Notes under the pieces: generated by a model | The model's input: the letters and a program-made list of their open reading frames with translations, nothing else | Told to the model about the DNA's origin: nothing | The model's database searches: none | Shown here: piece by piece, positions 1 to 6,785 of the stretch | Layout of the letters: the number at the start of each line of letters is the position of its first letter | Position numbering within the stretch: position 1 is the first letter of the stretch | Program-made: the position numbers and the translations under genes | Source of the DNA: Nanobdellota archaeon | Lineage (GTDB): Archaea > Nanobdellota > Nanobdellia > Woesearchaeales > JBBSVZ01 | Length of the DNA: 37,750 nucleotides | Assembly: GCA_038046545.1 (NCBI GenBank) | Contig: JBBSVZ010000103.1 | Coordinates: 1-37,750, forward strand | Reading direction: 5' to 3'

Positions 1-4
1 AAAA

Positions 5-649
5 TCAAGTTAAATAAAATATTGGCTCATCGGGGGTGTTTCCCGAGTTTCTATTGTAAAAAACTAATTCGCTTTGCAAGATTGCTTCAACAACTGGTAT
101 CTCGCCAGTACTTTCTCCCTTTTCCTCAACAACAGGTTTTCTGAATGTCTCAGGAATGGCTCTTCCAAGTGCATAATTTTCTCCTGTTACCATCCTAGCG
201 AGATAAGCGCCTTTTGCTGAAAGGAAGGAATCCACCGTTCTATTATGCAATTCTCGTCCTTCATTCCAAGGATCGCTGCTTGGCACATATATGCTTCTCA
301 TTCTTTCTTGTTCATCTAATCTCATCCGGATTGGCAGTCCTGAAATCTGTTCTTCCATTTGCTCTATAAGCTCCGGGTAGCATAGGATTTTCATTAGAAT
401 ATTTGCTTTTCCAGCCTGGGGGAACCCCCCTTTTGTGTAAGAATTGATCACATATGCAGCATTAAAAACTGTTGTCATGCCTATTCTTCCAAGTAATGAG
501 ACTTCCCAAGCAATATCATCATCGACCTTCTCCGTAATACGTAATGCTGTCACACTACCATAACTTTTCCAGAAATAAAATAACGTAGTATCTTCTGAAG
601 CTATTTTATGTACTAATCCCTCCCCATCTGCCTTCCGCCACCAATCCAT
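5..649 (-). CDS. hypothetical protein (214 aa), no recognisable motifs
   Basis: Long ORF last in a same-strand run (DoxX, Hint protein, small alpha/beta protein), starting 53 nt after the upstream stop. I recognise no family. Confidence 0.5.
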   Translation of the reverse strand: MDWWRKADGEGLVHKIASEDTTLFYFWKSYGSVTALRITEKVDDDIAWEVSLLGRIGMTTVFNAAYVINSYTKGGFPQAGKANILMKILCYPELIEQMEEQISGLPIRMRLDEQERMRSIYVPSSDPWNEGRELHNRTVDSFLSAKGAYLARMVTGENYALGRAIPETFRKPVVEEKGESTGEIPVVEAILQSELVFYNRNSGNTPDEPIFYLT

Positions 650-702
650 TAAACATTAAAAAAGGGTTTTTGTTATTAAAAGTATGGTTCAGAATCTAAA
701 CA

Positions 703-1056
703 TCAAACTTCTTTCATTCCTTCAGGAGTCATCGCAACCAATCTTATTCCAAGTCCAATTTTCAACAAAGCTGAAAGGATTGCCATATGCACCTTTCCTG
801 TTCCTGAAACAAAGTTCACTGCAGCTTCAGTGTCAGGGATTTTTCCGTCCAGCTGTTTTTTTATCGTCTCTATCATTTCCGAAAGGAATTGTTCCTCTTT
901 TATGACAACAAAAGAGATTTCTCTATTTGCAGTATACGATAATCCTGCTTCATCAGTTACGATAAACACTTTATTCCATGGCTCCGCCTCTATGAGTTTA
1001 CTGACATAAGCCCATGTGCCTTTGCCGACGCCCAAACAAACAATTAAGGAAGTCAT
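703..1056 (-). CDS. small alpha/beta (Rossmann-like) protein, possible stand-alone CARF/SLOG-like ligand-binding fold
   Basis: 117 aa. The N-terminal strand plus Gly loop (SLIVCLGVGKGTW) and the later VNFVSGTGKVHMAILSAL segment resemble the two CARF signatures (xxGTS loop and DxTGGTK). There is no effector domain. The fold assignment comes from motifs read by eye. Confidence 0.5.
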   Translation of the reverse strand: MTSLIVCLGVGKGTWAYVSKLIEAEPWNKVFIVTDEAGLSYTANREISFVVIKEEQFLSEMIETIKKQLDGKIPDTEAAVNFVSGTGKVHMAILSALLKIGLGIRLVAMTPEGMKEV

Positions 1057-1102
1057 TGACGCGTGGCATAACTAAAGGTATATAATATTTGGGGCAAGAT
1101 AG

Positions 1103-1861
1103 TTAATGAAGGGTACTTGCTAATAATATTCCATTTGCCCAGTAAAAGCCTGTTTTTGAGTCGGGAAGAATGTCATATGTTTTATCATACTCATATTTGG
1201 AAGTTGTTATGCTGACTATTTCTGAACCATCATAAACATCACCAACTCTTAGTTTGCCAACTGGAGTTCCATCAATTGTTGGATGGTTTGGAGACACCCA
1301 GACTTGCCTTCCATCTGAGAGAAGCAGATGAGTTATCATGTGATTATATGGAACACTGACGGAAGAAGTCTTAATTATTGGCACAGCCGCTTTTTTACCG
1401 TCTTCAACAGACCAAACCAACATGCCCGCTTTTACATCTTCAACTTTAACTGGGCCGTTTGAAGTTGAGATTAGTGTGTGCAGAGAAAGGCAAATTGGGC
1501 AACCCCCAGGGGGAGGCTCGCTTGTAATTCTGCTAAACGTCACAGTATTTGAATTGATATCAATTTGAGTAAGTTTTACTGAAATTCCTTCACATGCTAT
1601 CCCTATGTCATCACCAATTCTGAGCGTTCTTAACACTCCCTCCCGCGCAACCGGGTATGGTATGCTGCAGATGGCTTCCACATTGTCTAAATTTATTTTT
1701 TGAATTGTACAATAACTTTCTGACTGCCCGACGGTTAGAACGACTTTTTCTCCAGATGGTTTTGATAAGTTTATGTATGCATAAATACTTATAATTGCGA
1801 TAAGTAGCAGAATGACAACACTAATAATCAATATTTTTTTATCAGAAAAAATACCCATCAT
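1103..1861 (-). CDS. membrane-anchored protein with C-terminal Hint (Hedgehog/intein-like, BIL-type) domain
   Basis: N-terminal TM helix (ILIISVVILLLIAIISIYAYI), then a roughly 90 aa Cys-containing domain. Hint blocks follow: CLSLHTLISTSNGPVKVEDVKAGMLVWS (block A), VSPNHP (block B TxxH-like), LRVGDVY, and YDILPDSKTGFYWANGILLAS (blocks F/G). The protein ends 3 aa after the Hint with no HN and no C-extein. Confidence 0.7.
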   Translation of the reverse strand: MMGIFSDKKILIISVVILLLIAIISIYAYINLSKPSGEKVVLTVGQSESYCTIQKINLDNVEAICSIPYPVAREGVLRTLRIGDDIGIACEGISVKLTQIDINSNTVTFSRITSEPPPGGCPICLSLHTLISTSNGPVKVEDVKAGMLVWSVEDGKKAAVPIIKTSSVSVPYNHMITHLLLSDGRQVWVSPNHPTIDGTPVGKLRVGDVYDGSEIVSITTSKYEYDKTYDILPDSKTGFYWANGILLASTLH

Positions 1862-1935
1862 ACAAACCAGTTAGTTAAAGTTTAAAAAATTTCTGTTAGG
1901 TTTTAATCGATTTGTTGTATTAACTTTTGTTGAGT

Positions 1936-2331
1936 TCAACTGTCTTTTTTAAAATATGGATAAATTGCCCATCGAAATTTCGGCTGCGTTGCAAGCGTAA
2001 GTGCAGCCATGAAAATAACAACATCCCTGAATGCTATCTCTCCCCAGCCAAGGTTGATGATGATGCTGATAAGTGATAGGGCTGTTGCGAGCGCAGCCAA
2101 GCGAATGAATATGCCCAGAACCAATAACGTGCCTAGAAAAGTTTCCACAATCCCGAAGAGGAACACGAATGTGGGGGTACCAACAACTGGTATTGTTTGA
2201 ACCCATTTTGCCATCCAATTAAACTGTTCCGCAGGATTCAAGATAGCGTGTATGCCGAACCATAAGAAAATTCCGCCAAGGCAAATTCGTAGTAAAAAGA
2301 TTGCGTGGTCATGGTAATCGGCAAATTTCAT
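1936..2331 (-). CDS. DoxX-like small integral membrane protein
   Basis: 131 aa with four predicted TM segments. The N-terminal LLRICLGGIFLWFG motif is typical of the DoxX family. Confidence 0.6.
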   Translation of the reverse strand: MKFADYHDHAIFLLRICLGGIFLWFGIHAILNPAEQFNWMAKWVQTIPVVGTPTFVFLFGIVETFLGTLLVLGIFIRLAALATALSLISIIINLGWGEIAFRDVVIFMAALTLATQPKFRWAIYPYFKKDS

Positions 2332-2466
2332 TTTAGAATCTGTCGAGGTAAGTGGTATAAAAAGTTTCTTACGGTGAAATTGTCCGGATTTGATAATGCA
2401 GACTGGCAGAATTAATGATAATCAGCGGAAAAATTTAAATACACGTACGTGCACTTATGTGGGCAT

Positions 2467-2691
2467 ATGGCCACAAAAACAATCACAATTACAACCGATG
2501 CCTACGCTCGTCTTGCGATGCATAAGACCGGTAAGGAGAGCTTTAGCGATGTAATAACAAAGCTCGCGGGAAGAGGGTCGTTGCATGACTTAATCGGTGT
2601 CCTTTCGAATGATGGCGCGCGCGAATTAGAGCGAAATATTGTGGACTTTAGGAAACGAATGAGAAAAAATCTTGATGAAGTACGCGCATGA
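2467..2691 (+). CDS. vapB: VapB-type antitoxin (archaeal UPF0330-like)
   Basis: MATKTITITTDAYARL... is the typical archaeal antitoxin N-terminus. The stop overlaps the PIN gene start (ATGA). I prefer the ATG at 2467 over the GTG at 2449 given in the track. Confidence 0.7.
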   Translation: MATKTITITTDAYARLAMHKTGKESFSDVITKLAGRGSLHDLIGVLSNDGARELERNIVDFRKRMRKNLDEVRA

Positions 2692-3080
2692 TTGTCGATA
2701 CGTCATTTGTCATTGATGTGATGCGAAATGATACTTCAGCCATAGAAATACTGAATGAGCTCATCAGACGCAATGAACCGCAATTACTCACATCCCCCAC
2801 TATTTTTGAGCTATTTCATGGAGTTGCGCGTAGTTCGCGTCCTGAAAATGAACGCAACAAAATTCTGGGGATTATTGAAAAGCAAATCATCCTTAACTTA
2901 GATGCGAAGGCTGCTGCACGTGCAGGAGAGCTTGATGGGAGGCTAGTTAAACTTGGCGAACGCATCAGTCCAATCGATAGCATGATTGCTGCTATTGCAC
3001 TTGAAAATGACGAAGCAGTTCTCACCAAAAACAAAAAGGACTTCTCTAAAATCAAAGGGTTAAGAATCGTAACTTACTAA
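2688..3080 (+). CDS. vapC: VapC PIN-domain ribonuclease toxin
   Basis: MIVDTSFVID carries the first acidic PIN residue, followed by later conserved acidic positions (SPIDSMIAA, TKNKKDF). It is translationally coupled to the antitoxin. Confidence 0.85.
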   Translation: MIVDTSFVIDVMRNDTSAIEILNELIRRNEPQLLTSPTIFELFHGVARSSRPENERNKILGIIEKQIILNLDAKAAARAGELDGRLVKLGERISPIDSMIAAIALENDEAVLTKNKKDFSKIKGLRIVTY

Positions 3081-3116
3081 ATTATTTTTCTCGCCAATTA
3101 GCAACACATCAGGGAT

Positions 3117-3172
3117 AAATGGACTGATGGATAACGAAAATGATCGCATTTTCGGAACCGCTCAGTCCATTT
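3117..3172. repeat. nested hairpin whose outer arms copy the tRNA-Ala 3-prime end/trailer
   Basis: aaatggactga (3117-3127) pairs with tcagtccattt (3162-3172). The inner perfect hairpin is cgaaaatg-atcg-cattttcg (3135-3154). The 12-mer aaatggactgat recurs at 3209-3220, overlapping the tRNA 3-prime end. Confidence 0.6.
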
Positions 3173-3211
3173 GAAGTTGAATTAAAACCAATTTGAACTT
3201 AAAATTGAAAA

Positions 3212-3285
3212 TGGACTGATCGGGATTTGAACCCGAGGTCTCTCCCATGCCATGGGAGCGCGATACCGAGCTTCGCCATCAGCCC
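3212..3285 (-). tRNA. tRNA-Ala (anticodon GGC)
   Basis: Hand-folded 74 nt cloverleaf: acceptor GGGCUGA/UCAGUCC with the G3:U70 alanine identity pair, D loop AGCUCGGUA, anticodon loop AUGGCAU, T arm UCGGG-UUCAAAU-CCCGA, discriminator A. No CCA is encoded. Confidence 0.95.
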
Positions 3286-3334
3286 AATAAGTAATTATGT
3301 ATGCAAGAGTTATTTAAAAATGTGACTAACAGAT

Positions 3335-4033
3335 TTATTCCAAGTTTAATGGGTGATATAAAGAAACGGTTGTATTTCCGGGCTCTGACTCAATTCCTAT
3401 GTGTGACCTTAATACCTTTGCGACCAAACCAACATAGTAAAGTCCGAAACCGCCGCCTCTTTCTCTTGATGTCACCCCTAATTGTAGGAATTCATTTAAT
3501 GGGCGGTTTGTTGAAAATCCTGGTCCGTTGTCTTGAACATCGAATTTTACAAAGTCTCCTGCCAAAGGTGTGTCTGGCATAACATATGCGGGGGAAGGAA
3601 CTTCTCCAGAAAAATCCCTAACATAAATATCGATGTGTCCAGATTCTCGGCTAGTATATGTTGAACTATTTTTTATTAAGTTATGTAAAGCGCTCTGGAC
3701 CAGATCCTGTTGGGTTCTAAATTCTTTATCTATATTAGAATGAATTGATAGTGGTGTGCCCTTTTCAAAATATGATTGGACTAATTGATGATTTGATAAT
3801 AAGTATTCTATATGTTCGGGAACAATTGTATCTAGGCGGAAATTATCGTATCTAGTCAGAATTTTGACTGATTCTAAAGTCGCAACTAACAAGGATCTCA
3901 TCGCTTGAATAGAATTGAAATCCAAATCAGGATTAACATTTGCATCAAGAAGAACAGCCAGAACACCTGTGAGATCGTGATCTAAAAGCCTCGGAACAGT
4001 AACTTTTTCCTCTAACGTCAAAGGATTGTTCAT
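3335..4033 (-). CDS. sensor-less histidine kinase core (DHp + HATPase_c)
   Basis: H-box LDHDLTGVL, N-box ALHNLIKNS, G1 VQDNGPGF, G2 GGGFGLYYV. It is 232 aa with no TM, PAS or other input domain and no adjacent response regulator. Confidence 0.75.
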   Translation of the reverse strand: MNNPLTLEEKVTVPRLLDHDLTGVLAVLLDANVNPDLDFNSIQAMRSLLVATLESVKILTRYDNFRLDTIVPEHIEYLLSNHQLVQSYFEKGTPLSIHSNIDKEFRTQQDLVQSALHNLIKNSSTYTSRESGHIDIYVRDFSGEVPSPAYVMPDTPLAGDFVKFDVQDNGPGFSTNRPLNEFLQLGVTSRERGGGFGLYYVGLVAKVLRSHIGIESEPGNTTVSLYHPLNLE

Positions 4034-4187
4034 GCTCGTCTGGATTCCACCTTAATTTATATAGATTTCGTTAGATTGTCTCTCAAAAGTAGTTATGAAA
4101 AAACAATTTAAAAAAATAAATCGCCCTCAAATGCCGGGCAGGCTATAATCGCAACACTTTAATAAACACCTCAGTAAAACAAACCAT

Positions 4188-5882
4188 ATGGATCTAATGC
4201 TGATAATCCGCAAGCATGTGCTCGCCAACGCTTTAAAGTATGAAGGAAAAGCTAGCCAAGGTGCGGTCATAGGTAAAATTCTTGGAGAGGCTCCTGATTT
4301 GAAAAAAGACATGAAAATTATTGGAAAGCATATCAATGAGACCATAACTGAAGTAAACAAGCTAGGCGTTGAAAGACTCAGAGAGGAGCTTGAAAAAATT
4401 GCTCCTGAAATGCTGGAGAAAAAAAAGCACGTCGAAAAAGGGCTTCCTGAACTGAATAATGCTGAGCAAGGCAAGGTTGTTGTGCGCTTTGCTCCTTACC
4501 CCAGTGGGCCATTGCACATCGGAAATGCAAGACCTGCAGTATTAAATGACGAATACGCAAAAAAATATGATGGCAAGCTTCTCCTTGTAATTGATGACAC
4601 AATCGGTTCAGAGGAAAAGCAAATTGCGCCGGAGGCTTATGACCTTATTCCGCAGGGATTATCCTGGCTTGGAGTGAAGTGGTTCGGAAGCATGATTTAC
4701 AAGTCCGACAGGCTGCAAGTTTATTACGACCACGCCAAAAAAATTATTGAGAAGGGAGAGGCGTATGTTTGCACATGCCTTTTTGAAGAGCTTCGCAAAA
4801 AAAGAGAAGCTGCTGCAGATTGCGAGCACAGAAAACAGGAAGTCGCAGAAACTCTTGCGGCTTGGCAGAAAATGCTCGACGGCTTTTACAAAGAAGGAGA
4901 AGCAGTGCTAAGAATTAAGACGAGCATGACTCATCCTAATCCTGCATTCAGGGACAGAGTGCTATTCAGGATTAGCGAGCGTCCACATCCAAAAGTTGGG
5001 AAAAAATACAGGGTCTGGCCGTTGTTGGAATTTTCATGGGCGATAGATGACAATCTGCTCGGAATAACACATGTCATCCGAGGAAAAGATCTGATGATAG
5101 AAAGCGACATGGAGCGTTTCATCTGGAACATCATGGGCTGGCCGCACAAGGAAATAATACATTTAGGATTAGTCCAGCTTGAGGGCGTTAAGATAAGCAA
5201 GTCAAAGTCAAGCCATGAAGTTCAGACAGGGCAATACATCGGGTGGGATGACCCGAGAACATGGAGTCTGCAGTCTCTCGAAAGAAGAGGAATAAGACCT
5301 GAGGCAATTCGACAATTCGTTCTTAGCTTTGGCACCAACATGAATGAAATAACAGCACCAATAGACAATCTTTACACAGAAAACCGCAAACTAATTGAAA
5401 AGGAAGCTTCAAGATTTTTCTTTGTACATAATCCTAAGGAAGTAAGGATTGACAATGCACCGCACAGCATCTCACACATAAAAAAGCATCCACAGAATCC
5501 AGAACTCGGCCATAGAGAACTGATTTCGAATGGAATATTTTACATAACGCATGAAGATTATGCTGCCCTTGAAGACGGCAGGGTCAATAGGCTGATGGAC
5601 TGCCTTAATTTCATTAAAAACGGCCACAACTTAACATTCCATTCACAGGGTATAGAAGATTTCAGAAAACAAGGCTCAAAAATAATCCATTGGCTGCCCG
5701 TAATTCCAGAACTATTACAAGTCAAAGTTTTCATGCCTGATGGAACAACGCTAGAAGGTTTTGGCGAGCCAACACTAAAAGAATTGGCTTTAGGAGCAAT
5801 GCTGCAATTCGAGCGTTTCGGGTTCTGCAGATATGACCACGATGAAGATGATGTTAAAGTTTTCTGGTTCTCTCACAAATAA
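4188..5882 (+). CDS. gltX: glutamyl-tRNA synthetase (archaeal/eukaryal type)
   Basis: HIGH motif (PLHIGNARPAVLN), KMSKS-like motif (KISKSKS), and length and N-terminal extension typical of archaeal GluRS. Confidence 0.95.
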   Translation: MDLMLIIRKHVLANALKYEGKASQGAVIGKILGEAPDLKKDMKIIGKHINETITEVNKLGVERLREELEKIAPEMLEKKKHVEKGLPELNNAEQGKVVVRFAPYPSGPLHIGNARPAVLNDEYAKKYDGKLLLVIDDTIGSEEKQIAPEAYDLIPQGLSWLGVKWFGSMIYKSDRLQVYYDHAKKIIEKGEAYVCTCLFEELRKKREAAADCEHRKQEVAETLAAWQKMLDGFYKEGEAVLRIKTSMTHPNPAFRDRVLFRISERPHPKVGKKYRVWPLLEFSWAIDDNLLGITHVIRGKDLMIESDMERFIWNIMGWPHKEIIHLGLVQLEGVKISKSKSSHEVQTGQYIGWDDPRTWSLQSLERRGIRPEAIRQFVLSFGTNMNEITAPIDNLYTENRKLIEKEASRFFFVHNPKEVRIDNAPHSISHIKKHPQNPELGHRELISNGIFYITHEDYAALEDGRVNRLMDCLNFIKNGHNLTFHSQGIEDFRKQGSKIIHWLPVIPELLQVKVFMPDGTTLEGFGEPTLKELALGAMLQFERFGFCRYDHDEDDVKVFWFSHK

Positions 5883-5885
5883 AGA

Positions 5886-6218
5886 TTATTGATTCTTCAG
5901 CTTGCTCATCAATAGCTCGTCGATATGATGGTAGCGTCTTTCAAGAATGGCAATCTTTGGCGATTCAGGATTGGATCTTCTGATCTCATTAACTTGCCGT
6001 CTTACGCTATTAAGCTGCTTGTGCAGTTCAAGAATTGCAGGAATCTTGCTTTTGGTGCTGGTTGCTCTCCTATCGTTTCTCTCATTGGAAGACTTCTGTT
6101 TTCTTAATTTCTCCAATTCGTCTGAAGCAATCTTCCTGATCCTTTCATTTTCTTCGAAGAATTTATTGAAATTGTTGCCAGCGTGGCCAAGAAATCTAAT
6201 AACGCGCGTGCGCGCCAT
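5886..6218 (-). CDS. hypothetical basic coiled-coil protein (110 aa)
   Basis: The ORF starts 2 nt after the upstream stop. It is Lys/Arg-rich with heptad-like sequence. I recognise no family. Confidence 0.5.
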   Translation of the reverse strand: MARTRVIRFLGHAGNNFNKFFEENERIRKIASDELEKLRKQKSSNERNDRRATSTKSKIPAILELHKQLNSVRRQVNEIRRSNPESPKIAILERRYHHIDELLMSKLKNQ

Positions 6219-6220
6219 GC

Positions 6221-6667
6221 TTATTGCTCCGTGCCTGGCCTGCCTGCGTTCTCAGGAAATTCAACTTCCAAATCTTCAGGTCCTGGCGCGTCAGGCAAAC
6301 TTGGAGGCATTCCCATTCGGGGCCTGCCACTCATTCGCCTTCTGGACAAGCCTCTTCTGGACTGAATTGGCCTGTCAATATTGAATTCTCTCTTGTCCTT
6401 TTCTATCTCCAGAACGAGCAGCAGCCCCCTTGCAAGGTCCTGGTCATTCTTCAAAAGCTGCTCGAGCTGTTCTGACACCTTCTTCATGATGTCATCTTCA
6501 TTGGTCATCTGGCCAATTGCCATCTTGAAAATATCAGTCAGCTGCTCAATCTGAATTGAGAGCGCTTTGACTGATGTAAAAAGATCTATAGATGCAACTG
6601 TATCTTCCTTTCTGCCTGATAACTCCTTCCTCAGGTCATCAAGTTCCTCAAATCCGTCGTCTGCCAT
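6221..6667 (-). CDS. hypothetical acidic coiled-coil protein with Pro/Arg-rich tail (148 aa)
   Basis: Acidic helical N-terminal two thirds, then an RRGLSRRRMSGRPRMGMPPSLPDAPGPEDLEVEF tail. It is the first gene of a two-gene unit. Confidence 0.55.
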   Translation of the reverse strand: MADDGFEELDDLRKELSGRKEDTVASIDLFTSVKALSIQIEQLTDIFKMAIGQMTNEDDIMKKVSEQLEQLLKNDQDLARGLLLVLEIEKDKREFNIDRPIQSRRGLSRRRMSGRPRMGMPPSLPDAPGPEDLEVEFPENAGRPGTEQ

Positions 6668-6764
6668 CTCTTTTCAAGAATAACTGCTTTTCCAGTTATA
6701 AATAGTTTACTAAAAAGAATTTATCATATTCGGCTGTTATTTAACCTATAAAAATAATAAAAAT

Positions 6765-6785
6765 GCGCTCAATCGCCGCGCGGGC
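6765..6785 (+). repeat. GC-rich intergenic motif, copy a (GCGCTCAATCGCCGCGCGGGC)
   Basis: One of four same-orientation copies. It is preceded by an A/T-rich TATA-like tract and followed by TTAATT. Confidence 0.8.

Noticed and set aside
684-905. Plus-strand ORF 684-905, and ORFs 1949-2218 and 2009-2200
   Set aside because: They overlap the more coherent minus-strand genes (the small alpha/beta protein and the DoxX-like membrane protein) and have no signatures.
1106-1492. The Hint domain as a true intein interrupting a host gene
   Set aside because: There is no C-extein, because the protein ends 3 aa after the Hint. The terminal His-Asn is missing, and the N-terminal part is not a recognisable housekeeping protein. 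It is better described as a BIL/Hog-type domain.
3117-3285. tRNA-Ala-flanking direct repeats as attL/attR of an integrated element
   Set aside because: The repeats are only about 80 nt apart with no cargo between them, and no integrase is in the window. At most this is a recombination scar, and it is reported as a low-interest finding.
6765-6785. The GC-rich motif as a tRNA fragment or split-tRNA half
   Set aside because: No D-loop, anticodon-arm or T-loop (GTTCRAATC) sequence accompanies any copy, and the acceptor-like pairing cannot be completed.
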